Below the pieces are notes generated by a model. That model was not told where the DNA came from, searched no databases, and worked only from the letters and a program-made list of their open reading frames with translations. A program made the translations under genes and the position numbers. From Acidithiobacillus sp. (lineage in GTDB: Bacteria > Pseudomonadota > Gammaproteobacteria > Acidithiobacillales > Acidithiobacillaceae): a stretch of DNA of 64,000 nucleotides. Below are positions 48,937 through 58,897 of the stretch, one piece after another. The stretch spans positions 11,060 through 75,059 of the forward strand of contig NZ_DAHVHY010000001.1 in the NCBI RefSeq assembly GCF_027322205.1, written 5' to 3'. The first letter of the stretch is position 1. The number at the start of each line of letters is the position of its first letter.

Positions 48937-49068
48937 GCCGTACCTCATTCAAGAGCCACCGCTGCTACACGAAACCACTGCGCCGCAAAACCAAGGAACG
49001 GCGGCGGCGCGCACCATTTCTAGGCAACGCCCCACAGGTTGCCACAGGTGCTTTCCCTAAGCAAATCG

Positions 49069-49671
49069 TTAGGTTCCCCGCAAATGACGAAGATAGAGAG
49101 CAACTTGGGCTTGCAACTCAGCCAGCGAACCTTCATTGGGAATAATCCAGTCGGCGGCGGCATTACGCGCAACACGATCGCATTGCGCCGCCAGCACCGC
49201 AGAGATTTGGCCCTCTGTCCAGCCAGGACGAGCACGCAGGCGCTCCATTTGCTGGGATCGTGGACAATCGACGACCAGGACTTGATCCAGCAATGGGCGA
49301 TAGCCATTTTCGACCAGCAGCGGCACCATCCAGACCAGCAGAGATTGTGGATGCCGTCGACTCAGTGCATCGCTGGCAGTTATAAAGGATGCACGGATAA
49401 GTGGATGGAGAAGGGCTTCCAGCCAGACTTTCGCCGCCGGATCACTAAAAATCCGTGCACGCAATGCGGCGCGATCGAGGCCGCCATCTTCGCCTAAAAA
49501 AGTCGGGCCAAAATGGGCGATAATGGCTTGCAGGGCTGGGCTGCCCGGTACCACCAGTTCGCGGGCGATGGCATCGGCATCCAGCACCTGGGCGCCCGCC
49601 GCCTTGAGGATCTCGGCGACCGTGCTTTTGCCGCAGGCCACCCCTCCCGTCAGGCCAATCCGCAGCGCCAT
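49069..49671 (-). CDS. coaE: Dephospho-CoA kinase
   Basis: IGLTGGVACGKST, DADAIAR, LEALLHP. Confidence 0.95.
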   Translation of the reverse strand: MALRIGLTGGVACGKSTVAEILKAAGAQVLDADAIARELVVPGSPALQAIIAHFGPTFLGEDGGLDRAALRARIFSDPAAKVWLEALLHPLIRASFITASDALSRRHPQSLLVWMVPLLVENGYRPLLDQVLVVDCPRSQQMERLRARPGWTEGQISAVLAAQCDRVARNAAADWIIPNEGSLAELQAQVALYLRHLRGT

Positions 49672-50457
49672 TCAGGAACCCAGCAGATGTAGATAGCCGG
49701 AGAGGATGGCTTGTGGCCACAGCAACATGAGCCAGCCCCCCAGCGCCAGGTAAGGACCAAAGGGCATGGCATAGTCCCGGCCCTTACCGCGCAGCAGAAA
49801 GCTCAGAGCGACCAGACCACCGCTCAGTGCCGCAATAAACAGGGTTAAGAAGACCGCCTGCCAGCCCAGCCACGCACCAATCATGCCGAGCAATTTGAGA
49901 TCGCCGCCGCCCATTCCGTGCCGTCCGGTCGCCCGATAATACACTGTGGCCAGCAACCACAGACTGCCGTAGCCAATGAGTACACCGAGTAAAGCATCCA
50001 GGGGCGTTACCAGCCCTATCCCCGGCCATAAAAGTGCTGATCCATTCAGCAGTAACCCAATCAACAGCCCCGGCTTGGTAATACGATCAGGCAACAGTTG
50101 CGTCTCCAGATCAATCATGGTCAGCGCCAGCAGTATCCAGGTGAATACCAGGGCCGGGATCAGTTGCCAGGTGAGACCCAGTTGCCCGACGACCACCAGA
50201 CTGAGCAAGCCGGTCAGGAGTTCCAGCACCGGATAACGCCAGGCAATAGGGTTGCCACAACCATGGCAGCGGCCACGCAACAACATCCAGCTCAGGACCG
50301 GGATATTTTCCCAAGGCCGCAGCAGATGGCCGCAGTGCGGGCAGTGCGACACGGGATGAATGATGGACTCGTGGCGAGGCACCCGATGCACCACCACATT
50401 CAGGAAGCTGCCGATGAGCAGACCGAGCAGCGTGATTAAAGTATAGGCCACACTCAT
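49672..50457 (-). CDS. pilD: Prepilin peptidase/N-methyltransferase
   Basis: GSFLNVV, CPHC..CHGC, DLETQLLPD, GMGGGDLKL, PFGPYL. Confidence 0.96.
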   Translation of the reverse strand: MSVAYTLITLLGLLIGSFLNVVVHRVPRHESIIHPVSHCPHCGHLLRPWENIPVLSWMLLRGRCHGCGNPIAWRYPVLELLTGLLSLVVVGQLGLTWQLIPALVFTWILLALTMIDLETQLLPDRITKPGLLIGLLLNGSALLWPGIGLVTPLDALLGVLIGYGSLWLLATVYYRATGRHGMGGGDLKLLGMIGAWLGWQAVFLTLFIAALSGGLVALSFLLRGKGRDYAMPFGPYLALGGWLMLLWPQAILSGYLHLLGS

Positions 50458-50468
50458 TGCACCCGGCG

Positions 50469-51824
50469 TCATGTAATTTCTTCCGGAGACAATCTGCGGA
50501 GTCGCAGTTCCAGCGACTGCAAACTGACGCCCAGCAGATCTGCGGCGTGATGCCGGTCTCCTCCGGCCTGCCCCAGCATCTGGCGTAGTAATACGGCCTC
50601 GGCCGTGTCTAAAGTGGCCAGCGCACCTCTTGCCGATACAGAGATAAGTATGCCGTTTCCTGGTGCCACACCGCCAGAAGAGGTGAGTTCTGCTTCAGGT
50701 AGAATATCGTCCTGCTGTAACGCAAGGTGGCGCTCCAGCAAATTTTCCAGTTCGCGAACATTTCCGGGGAAGGCGTAGCTACCCAGCCGCTCCAGAGTCC
50801 CCGCGGGCAGTCGCGTCGGCGCACCATGCTGCGCACCCCCGATACGTTGCAGAATCACCTCTGCCAACTGAGGAATATCCTCCGGATGCTCGCGCAAGGG
50901 GGGCATTTGGAGCCTCACGACATCCAGACGATACAGGAGATCCCGACGAAAGTTACCGGCAACGACCATTTCTTGCAGATCGCGGTGAGTAGCGGAGATG
51001 AAACGCAGATCCAGGGGAATTTCCCGCGATGCACCCAATGGACGAATGGTTCGCTCCTGAATGGCCCGCAGGAGCTTAACCTGCACCATCATTGGTAGCT
51101 CACCGATCTCATCCAGAAAAATGGTGCCGCCATTGGCCGCCACGAAAAGCCCTTCGCGGCGCTGCACAGCACCAGAGTAAGCTCCCTTTTCGGCACCAAA
51201 GAGCTCACTTTCCACCAGTCCCTCGGGAATGGCACCACAGTTGACAGCCACGAAAGGCTTGTCGTGACGGACCCCCGAGGCGTGGATCGCACGCGCTGCC
51301 AACTCCTTACCAGTACCAGACTCACCGGTAATATGTACTGGCGCATTACTTCGCGCAACGCGGCGGATATCATCGCGTAAGCGCCGCATGACCGCAGAAT
51401 TGCCCACCAGCCTTTGCGTGCCGTCCAAACCCACCGGTGACAGGCGGCTGAGATCAACAGCTTGAGCTATCAGTCGCCGCAGACGCGTAAGTTCGATGGG
51501 CTTGGCCATGTAATCAAAGGCCCCTGCCTGCATCGCCTCAACCGCGCCATCGGCGGTGGAGTAGGCCGTAATCACGGCGACCGGCACCTGCGGATGCAAC
51601 ACATGCAGACGACGTACCAGATCAATACCCGAACCATCCGGCAACCGCAGATCGCTCAGACATAAAGAAGGGGCACCTTCGGCGAGGCGGGCGTAGGCCT
51701 CCGCGAGGGAGTGGGCACCCGTGACCGCGATTCCCATACCCTGCAGCGTAATGCCCAGTAATTCAACGATATTCGGCTCATCATCCACGATCAGGGCAGG
51801 TGGTAATATGGAAAAATCAGCCAT
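50469..51824 (-). CDS. pilR: Sigma54-type response regulator, PilR-like
   Basis: Receiver (DDEP, DLRLPD), GESGTGKE, FLDE, FRRDLLYRL, PGNVRELEN, C-terminal HTH. Confidence 0.85.
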   Translation of the reverse strand: MADFSILPPALIVDDEPNIVELLGITLQGMGIAVTGAHSLAEAYARLAEGAPSLCLSDLRLPDGSGIDLVRRLHVLHPQVPVAVITAYSTADGAVEAMQAGAFDYMAKPIELTRLRRLIAQAVDLSRLSPVGLDGTQRLVGNSAVMRRLRDDIRRVARSNAPVHITGESGTGKELAARAIHASGVRHDKPFVAVNCGAIPEGLVESELFGAEKGAYSGAVQRREGLFVAANGGTIFLDEIGELPMMVQVKLLRAIQERTIRPLGASREIPLDLRFISATHRDLQEMVVAGNFRRDLLYRLDVVRLQMPPLREHPEDIPQLAEVILQRIGGAQHGAPTRLPAGTLERLGSYAFPGNVRELENLLERHLALQQDDILPEAELTSSGGVAPGNGILISVSARGALATLDTAEAVLLRQMLGQAGGDRHHAADLLGVSLQSLELRLRRLSPEEIT

Positions 51825-53422
51825 CACTCCACCGCCTCCAGGCACCAGCAGGGGAGAAAAATCCGGAACAGCACACCACCCTGTGGATGGTTTCCACAAT
51901 CAATGCGGCCACCATTGATGCGCAACAACTCGCGCACCATAGACAAGCCCAGCCCGGTACCCCGTGAATTGGTCGTAAAAAATGGCTCAAAAATGCGCTC
52001 CATCACCTCCGGCTTTACGCCCGATCCAAAATCTCGCAGCGTCACCATAACGGTTTCCTTGTCCGCACGCACCGTCTCGATTTCCACCCGCATCGTCGCA
52101 TCTTCCGCTACCCCATACTGCGCACTGTTATGCAGCAGATTCCAGAACACTTGGCGTAGCTGCGCAGGATCGGCATAAATCTGAAGCTGCGGGGAAATTT
52201 CGCGGATAACGATCGTCATGGGTGCAAGTAGCGGATCGGCCTGCAACTGAGTGACGAGCGTCGGCAACCAGTCCGACAAACCGATGGATTCGGAATGCGC
52301 CGGGCTGGGGCGGGCCATCTCCAGTACCGATTCGATAATGGCGTTGATGCGCACCGTCTCTCGTTCCAGTATCTCAAAAAGGTGCCGCGAGCCGGGGTTT
52401 TCCACGCTCTCACCGAGCAGGTTACCCGCGTGGCGAATCACGCTGAGCGGGTTACGAATTTCATGGGCAATATTAGCCGCCAAGCGACCCAGCGCCGCCA
52501 GCTGCGCCTCCCGTTCGCGGGCACGCAACGCTGATGCATCGCGGAGAAGCAGTAGACAATAGGGGCTCTGGGGCAAAGCGATTTTACGTACCAGCAGAGT
52601 CTGCGCACTGTCCTGCAGGGTCGGATCACGTCCACCCAGGGTGATTATCATCTCGCCGTCACCCGGTGCCGGTTGTCGCAATGCGGTGGCCAGACGCGGC
52701 TGCACCATATCGAGGGCGGCAGGTGCGGAAGTCCATAGCCGGTATCCCGAAAGCGTCCGAGCAATGGGGTTGCTGAGAACCACACGGTTTTGCCGATCCA
52801 GTACGAAAACGCCCACATCCATATGCTGCACAATTTCCCGGTTCAGGGCGTTGAGATTGACGACCTCTGCATCCCTTTGCAGCGCCAGACGGTTGCCGCG
52901 TTCCAGACTGAGGACCAGACTGTCGGCCAGCACCGCCACCGCCACCAGTGCCAGGACATAGATAAAAAGCTGGCCAAGCGGCGGATGCTCGGAGGCCATC
53001 CCGCCCAAAAGTGATTCACTCACGAGCAGCGCCAGCAATATCCACACAAAAACAAAAGCGCTTTTACCGCGCAAAAGACTCGCCGTGGACACCAGCAGCA
53101 AGAAGGGAAGGATACTAAAGGGACCGCTGACCCCTCCCCCGAAACGCAATAATAGCAGCACCAGCAAGGTATCAGTCGACACCTGAATCCAGGCGTGGTA
53201 GCGCGGTTGCACCGGCCGCCGCAACAAAAGTGCCAACAGATAACCGAGACTGACCGTAGCGGCCACCAGGGTCAGGACACGCAACAGCCTCGCGTGCCCC
53301 CCCAGATCGATAATGGTCTCACTGGCTGGCAAGTGTAACAGGACGGCAATAACCGCTGCGATGAGCAACCGGTAGGCGGAAATCCCCCAAAGGCGCCGCC
53401 AATCACCCACCATCTCCGGCAT
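51824..53422 (-). CDS. pilS: Sensor histidine kinase, PilS-like
   Basis: Six TM, PAS-like region, AHEIRNPL, FEPFFTT, GTGLGL. Confidence 0.87.
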   Translation of the reverse strand: MPEMVGDWRRLWGISAYRLLIAAVIAVLLHLPASETIIDLGGHARLLRVLTLVAATVSLGYLLALLLRRPVQPRYHAWIQVSTDTLLVLLLLRFGGGVSGPFSILPFLLLVSTASLLRGKSAFVFVWILLALLVSESLLGGMASEHPPLGQLFIYVLALVAVAVLADSLVLSLERGNRLALQRDAEVVNLNALNREIVQHMDVGVFVLDRQNRVVLSNPIARTLSGYRLWTSAPAALDMVQPRLATALRQPAPGDGEMIITLGGRDPTLQDSAQTLLVRKIALPQSPYCLLLLRDASALRAREREAQLAALGRLAANIAHEIRNPLSVIRHAGNLLGESVENPGSRHLFEILERETVRINAIIESVLEMARPSPAHSESIGLSDWLPTLVTQLQADPLLAPMTIVIREISPQLQIYADPAQLRQVFWNLLHNSAQYGVAEDATMRVEIETVRADKETVMVTLRDFGSGVKPEVMERIFEPFFTTNSRGTGLGLSMVRELLRINGGRIDCGNHPQGGVLFRIFLPCWCLEAVE

Positions 53423-53545
53423 ATTATGCGCCCCGCCGCAGAGTTCTGCTGGACGTTACAACGCCATAATTCATCGCACAACTACTGCCCATTGTCATGT
53501 TTGTGACGCCCTGCACAAAATATCTGGGTATACGGGGAGGCAAAA

Positions 53546-55255
53546 TCAAAGATTGGTCACCCGCAAAACCTCCTCAAGGCTAGTGACTCCCTCCCTGATC
53601 CGCCTCAATCCGTTTTGCCGCATGGTCAGCACCCCTTCCTGTGCCGCCTGCCGCGCCAGATCGATGGAGGTTCCACCGCGCATGATGATTTCACGCATGG
53701 CATCACTCACCGGCATCACCTGATAGAGCCCCATCCGGCCTTTGTATCCAGTGTTATTGCACTGATCACAACCCGTCGCGCCCAGAGGACGCCAGCCCTG
53801 CAGATCCTCGGGCGCGAATCCCGCCTCAATCAGTGCCTGATCGGGAATACGCAGGGGTTTTTTACAGTGTGGACAGAGTTTGCGTACGAGTCGCTGCGCC
53901 ATCACCAGGTGCACACCACCGGCAACATTATAAGTAGGAATACCCATGTTTTCCAGGCGGGTGAGGCTCTGCGGTGCATCATTGGTATGCAGGGTGGCCA
54001 ACACCAGATGACCCGTCTGGGCAGCCTTGATGGCCGTCTCTGCGGTTTCCAGATCACGTACCTCACCGACCATGATGATGTCCGGGTCCTGACGCAGGAA
54101 GGAACGCAAGGCGGCGGCAAAGTTGAGACCGATGCGCTCGTTGATATTCACCTGATTGATTCCATACACCGGGATTTCCACAGGGTCCTCTGCGGTACTG
54201 ATGTTGCAGTCGCCGGTGTTGAGGATATTCAGCGCGGTATAGAGAGTCGTCGTTTTACCCGAACCCGTGGGGCCGGTGACCAGGATCATACCGTAGGGCC
54301 GGTGGATAGCCTCTTCAAAGGCCTTGCGCTGGTCCGGCAAAAAGCCCAATTGTTCTATGGGCACCTTGGAACTGGCCGGATCCAGCAAGCGCAGCACAAT
54401 GGTTTCGCCAAAACTGGTGGGCAGAAAAGAGACCCGGAAATCAATAACCCGCGCTGGCGGCACCCTGACCCGCAGACGGCCATCCTGGGGTAAACGCCGC
54501 TCAGAAATATCCAGGCGACAGAGAATCTTCAGGCGCGAAGTGACACCGTCACGCAACGCCACCGGCGGATGCAGCACGTCCTGCAATACGCCATCGAGGC
54601 GGTAACGCACCCGAAAATCCTTTTCATAGGGTTCCAGATGAATATCGGAAACCCCGCGCTGAATGGCATCCAGCAGCAATTGCCGGGCAAAGCGCACTAC
54701 GGGCGCATCCTCGACACTGCTATCATTCTCCTGGGCAAGATCGAATTCTTCCTGCTCTTCTTCGTCATGCGGCTTGTCCATGAAAACATCGTCAATTCCG
54801 CCTTGCATACTATTGGCTGCGGTATTCACCGCCTTGACCAGCTTGTTGGCCTCGACCAGTATCGGCATCACCTGCAAACCGGTGTTGAACTTCACATCTT
54901 CCACCGCCTTAAAATCCGTGGGATCCGCCATGGCGAGGTAGAGGGTATCCCCATGCTTTGACAGAGGCAGCACCAGATAGCGGATCATCAACCCCTTGTC
55001 GAGCTTCCGAATGAGCAATTCATCAATCGTGACCGCATCCAGATCAAGCATGGGCATGTTATAGCGGGCGGAAAGGTGCGCCATAAGCACAGTGGCAGGA
55101 ACGGCGCCTTTCTCGACCACATAAAACAGGAGCGGCGTCTTACCGCGCGCCGGATCGGCGGCCAGGCTTTGCAACTGCGCCTCGTCGCTTAACCCGTTGC
55201 TGACTAACGCCCGTAATACGGGCGTCAACGAGATGTGTTCTGGATTCGTAGCCAT
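53546..55255 (-). CDS. pilB: Type IV-A pilus assembly ATPase
   Basis: GPTGSGKTTT, AEDPVE, RQDPD, TGHLV..TLHTN, CPHC/CDQC zinc site. Confidence 0.96.
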   Translation of the reverse strand: MATNPEHISLTPVLRALVSNGLSDEAQLQSLAADPARGKTPLLFYVVEKGAVPATVLMAHLSARYNMPMLDLDAVTIDELLIRKLDKGLMIRYLVLPLSKHGDTLYLAMADPTDFKAVEDVKFNTGLQVMPILVEANKLVKAVNTAANSMQGGIDDVFMDKPHDEEEQEEFDLAQENDSSVEDAPVVRFARQLLLDAIQRGVSDIHLEPYEKDFRVRYRLDGVLQDVLHPPVALRDGVTSRLKILCRLDISERRLPQDGRLRVRVPPARVIDFRVSFLPTSFGETIVLRLLDPASSKVPIEQLGFLPDQRKAFEEAIHRPYGMILVTGPTGSGKTTTLYTALNILNTGDCNISTAEDPVEIPVYGINQVNINERIGLNFAAALRSFLRQDPDIIMVGEVRDLETAETAIKAAQTGHLVLATLHTNDAPQSLTRLENMGIPTYNVAGGVHLVMAQRLVRKLCPHCKKPLRIPDQALIEAGFAPEDLQGWRPLGATGCDQCNNTGYKGRMGLYQVMPVSDAMREIIMRGGTSIDLARQAAQEGVLTMRQNGLRRIREGVTSLEEVLRVTNL

Positions 55256-56124
55256 CGGCGTAAAATCTCCTCCACGGCGGCGGTTTGCGGCAGAGTTCCC
55301 GTCCATATCCGAAAACTCTCCGCGCCTTGCTCTACCAACATGCCCAGCCCATCAATCGCGCCCAGCCCGGCCTGCCGGGCGGCGTGCAGTAGAGGCGTCT
55401 CCAATGGGTTATAGACGATATCGTATACGCTGCCATTTCTGGGCATGCGGGCCAGATCCAGCTCCGGGTGATGCTCCCCGTGCAACCCCCGTGCGCTGGT
55501 ATTGACCAGTAACGCGCTGTGGGGCAGCACCGCAGACAATGCCGCCGAGTCCAACGGAATGGGATGTACCGGAAGGTCGGGAAACTGTACAGCCAGAGAT
55601 TCGGCACGCGGCAAGTGGCGATTTGCTAAATAAATGGCCGGGCATCCGGCGTGACCAAGCGCATAGACAATAGCTCGGGCCGCCCCCCCCGCGCCAATCA
55701 CGGTCGCCGGATATTGCTGCCAGCCATTCCCTGCCGCACGCTCCAGCGCCCGCTGAAAACCGAGTGCATCCGTATTGTGTCCTTCCATGCCCGAGGACGT
55801 GAAACACACGGTGTTCACCGCGCCGATGGCACGCGCCGCCGCGCTCAATTGCTGCATCAGCGGCAACACGACCTCTTTATGGGGGACCGTAACATTCACG
55901 CCGCGCACGCCAAGCTCCGGCAGTCCGGCCAGCGCCGTGGCGATCGCCTCTGCATGCACCGGAAAGGGCACATAAACCAGGTCCCGATCCTGCTGCGCGG
56001 CAAAGAGGCGATGCATCCATGGCGAGAGACTGTGCGTGACCGGCTGACCGAGAATGCCATAAACGACCGTTCCGCCGCCGGGATGCCAACAATTGCTGAT
56101 GTCAGACGGTGGGAAGAGCCCCAT
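55225..56124 (-). CDS. aroE: Shikimate dehydrogenase
   Basis: HSLSP, NVTVPHK, NTD, GAGGAARA, DIVYNP, GLGMLVEQG. Confidence 0.95.
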   Translation of the reverse strand: MGLFPPSDISNCWHPGGGTVVYGILGQPVTHSLSPWMHRLFAAQQDRDLVYVPFPVHAEAIATALAGLPELGVRGVNVTVPHKEVVLPLMQQLSAAARAIGAVNTVCFTSSGMEGHNTDALGFQRALERAAGNGWQQYPATVIGAGGAARAIVYALGHAGCPAIYLANRHLPRAESLAVQFPDLPVHPIPLDSAALSAVLPHSALLVNTSARGLHGEHHPELDLARMPRNGSVYDIVYNPLETPLLHAARQAGLGAIDGLGMLVEQGAESFRIWTGTLPQTAAVEEILRRWLRIQNTSR

Positions 56125-57283
56125 ACGATCTTTCCTTTGCGGTGATTTCCATCCTTTTCGAGAGATGGACAAGCAGATCTGGCCAGTTATCTCCGGGCAG
56201 GATATTACCCAGAGTCATGGGGCGCTGTGCCCCGGTAACGTGCGCCATGGGCAGACGTTGCCCCAGCAAACACTGGCCGCCCAGCCAGGCAAAGGCCAAC
56301 GCCTCCAAAGCCTGACTGGGAATACCGCTGTACTGCCCACCGTGCAAAATTCGGGTCTCTGCCAGGCCCCCCTGCAGGACGCGCATCAGAGTCGGGTTTT
56401 CGGCACCGCCACCGAACACCAGCATTTCTGTAGCGCCCGGTGTCCAGGTCCTTATCGCCTGTGCCACAGAAACCGCGGTCAATGCCGTCAATGTGGCCAG
56501 GAAATCCACCGCGGAGCCACGCCAGGATGACCACCATTGCGTCACCAGGGGCAACCCGAAAACTTCCCGCCCGGTGCTTTTGGGAGGTGGCTGCCGGAAG
56601 AACGGGTGCGCCAGCCATGCTTCTAACTGTACAGTATCGCAAAGTCCGTCAGCCGCCATTTGGCCATCCACATCACAGGTCAATTGCCCATCACCGCACA
56701 AATGCATGGCGGCATCCATCAGCACATTGCCCGGCCCGCAGTCGAAAGCCAGGAGTGGACGGGGGTCGTCCATGCCCGGCAACCAGGTCACGTTGGCCAT
56801 ACCACCGAGATTGAGTACCAGACGGGGTCGTTTATCCTGAAAGCAGTATTGATGGAAAGGTGGCACCAGCGGCGCCCCTTCCCCCCCGGCCGCCACATCG
56901 GCACGCCGGAAATCGTGGACCACGGTCAGACCGGTGGCCACGGCAATATCTGCTGCGGCACCAATTTGCAGCGTAAAGCCGGGGTCCCCCCGTGGTTGAT
57001 GACGAATGGTCTGCCCGTGCAAAGCGATAAAGTCTACCGGACCGAGATGGGCGATGGCAGCACTCGCCAATTGCGCATAACAGGCGCCCAGACGCCGGTC
57101 GAGTTGCGCCATCGCCTCAACACTCAGTGGCCCGCTGGCAGCCAGCACCTCCGCACGCAACGTCGGATCAAAGGAGCACCCAAAGACACCCTGGTAACCC
57201 GCACAACCTGCGGCCTCAAAATCCAGCACCGCAGCATCCACACCGTCGGTGCTGGTTCCAGACATCAGACCCAGGCCACGCAA
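56102..57283 (-). CDS. anmK: Anhydro-N-acetylmuramic acid kinase
   Basis: GLMSGTSTDGVD, HGQTIRH, GGEGAPL, DCGPGN, KSTGRE, EALAFAWL. Confidence 0.95.
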   Translation of the reverse strand: MRGLGLMSGTSTDGVDAAVLDFEAAGCAGYQGVFGCSFDPTLRAEVLAASGPLSVEAMAQLDRRLGACYAQLASAAIAHLGPVDFIALHGQTIRHQPRGDPGFTLQIGAAADIAVATGLTVVHDFRRADVAAGGEGAPLVPPFHQYCFQDKRPRLVLNLGGMANVTWLPGMDDPRPLLAFDCGPGNVLMDAAMHLCGDGQLTCDVDGQMAADGLCDTVQLEAWLAHPFFRQPPPKSTGREVFGLPLVTQWWSSWRGSAVDFLATLTALTAVSVAQAIRTWTPGATEMLVFGGGAENPTLMRVLQGGLAETRILHGGQYSGIPSQALEALAFAWLGGQCLLGQRLPMAHVTGAQRPMTLGNILPGDNWPDLLVHLSKRMEITAKERSYGALPTV

Positions 57284-57332
57284 GGCGACCTACTCAGCCA
57301 ACAAACGCGTCAACCGGTGCAACACCAACGCA

Positions 57333-57821
57333 TCAATGATCCTGGTCATGCGCTCCGTGCCCATGCACATGACCATGAGCCAGTTCTTCGGCAGTGGCGT
57401 CCCGTACTTCCAGCACAGTCACATCGAAGTTCAGGGTCATCCCAGCCAGAGGGTGATTAAGGTCGACGGTAATTTCGTTGCCTTCGATATCGATTACCGT
57501 GGCAAGGCGTGTGCCCTCTTCGGTCATGGTCTCAAACTGGGTACCGATCTCCAGTTCTTCCTGATCGTCAAAATCTTCCACACCCACCACCTCGACCAGA
57601 TCTTCGTCCCAATCACCATAACCTTCTTCGGGTGGGATGGAAACCTCCAGCTTATCGCCGACACGACGCCCCGCCAGAGCCTGCTCCAGGCCGGGGATGA
57701 TGCCGTGGTGACCATGGAGATATACAAGGGGCTCTTCACCCACGGAGCTGTCAATCAGCTCCCCCTCTTCATCGGTCAGGGAATAGTCGATCGTGACGAC
57801 TTTGTCTTTGCTGATCATCAT
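57333..57821 (-). CDS. slyD: FKBP-type peptidyl-prolyl isomerase SlyD
   Basis: YLHGHHGIIPGLE, DLNHPLAG, short His-rich tail. Confidence 0.93.
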   Translation of the reverse strand: MMISKDKVVTIDYSLTDEEGELIDSSVGEEPLVYLHGHHGIIPGLEQALAGRRVGDKLEVSIPPEEGYGDWDEDLVEVVGVEDFDDQEELEIGTQFETMTEEGTRLATVIDIEGNEITVDLNHPLAGMTLNFDVTVLEVRDATAEELAHGHVHGHGAHDQDH

Positions 57822-57883
57822 GGCGCGAGTCCTATGGGTTAAGGGCCTGAAAAGGGTACTGCTATGGTAGTTTCGAGCCGATT

Positions 57884-58897
57884 TTAGCCTGACTGCGCGG
57901 AAACGGCAAAATTTTCCGGGTTATCCCAATGACGCCAATGGGGTTCAAGAATCTGGCTGAACGCCGCCACCCAGAGAGGGTTGTCATTGAGCGCAGGAAT
58001 ATAGCGTAGTTCCTGGCCACCCGCCTGGAGGAAAGTTTCTTTGCCTTCCTGGGCGATTTCCTGCAGTGTTTCCACGCAATCCACACTAAACCCAGGGCAG
58101 ATGGCGTCTATGCGGGGCACCCCGGAACGCGCCAACGCGACGAGTGTTTTATCGGTATGGGGCGTCAGCCATTGGGCGGCGCCGAAGCGGCTTTGGAAGG
58201 TTTGTACCCACTGATCATCAGACAGACCGAGCTCCTTTACCAGCAGTGCGGTGGTCTTTTCGCACTGAGCGCGATAGGGATCGCCCTTCTCAATGCAAAT
58301 CTCCGGCAAGCCGTGAAAAGAAATCAGCAATCGCTCTGCCTGCCCGTGCTCCTGCCACCAGACGCGGATACTGTCCGCCAGAGCACGAATATAGGCAGGG
58401 TGTTCGTACCAGTCCCGAATCATGCGAATTTCCGGAATTTCGCGCCATTTCCGCAATTCTTTGGCCACCGCATCAAAAATGGAGGCTGTGGTGGCTGCCG
58501 CATATTGGGGATAAAGTGGCACCACCAGTATTCTGCTGCAATCGGCGTCGCGCAACGCGGCCATGCCTTTCGCAATTGACGGATTGCCGTAACGCATAGC
58601 CAACTCCACCCGGACGTGACCGGGAAACTGCCGATCCCACCGGGCCTGCAGTGCGTCGCATTGGCGCTGGCTATAGACCATCAGGGGTGAGCCATCGGGA
58701 AGCCAGATGCTGGCATAATTGCGCGCCGAGCGGGCGGGACGAAACAGCAGAATGGGTCCATTCAGGATAGGCCACCAGAGGATGCGCGGAAGTTCCACTA
58801 CCCGGGTGTCACTGAGAAACTCGCGCAGGTAGCGGCGTACTGCCGGGGCGGCCGGCGCATCGGGGGTGCCCAGATTGACGACCAGAATACCAATCAT
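57884..58897 (-). CDS. hemH: Ferrochelatase
   Basis: NLGTP, GSPL, LYPQY, SFHGLP, FQSRFG, DCVETLQEI. Confidence 0.96.
   Translation of the reverse strand: MIGILVVNLGTPDAPAAPAVRRYLREFLSDTRVVELPRILWWPILNGPILLFRPARSARNYASIWLPDGSPLMVYSQRQCDALQARWDRQFPGHVRVELAMRYGNPSIAKGMAALRDADCSRILVVPLYPQYAAATTASIFDAVAKELRKWREIPEIRMIRDWYEHPAYIRALADSIRVWWQEHGQAERLLISFHGLPEICIEKGDPYRAQCEKTTALLVKELGLSDDQWVQTFQSRFGAAQWLTPHTDKTLVALARSGVPRIDAICPGFSVDCVETLQEIAQEGKETFLQAGGQELRYIPALNDNPLWVAAFSQILEPHWRHWDNPENFAVSAQSG

Noticed and set aside
48937-49068. Search for yacG or a small ORF between coaE and zapD
   Set aside because: No CxxC zinc-finger frame in the three minus-strand translations
55683-55690. C8 homopolymer in aroE (similar run in anmK near 56881) as a phase-variation tract
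   Set aside because: Falls within conserved Gly-rich motifs (GAGGAA, GGEGAP) of housekeeping genes; short and in frame
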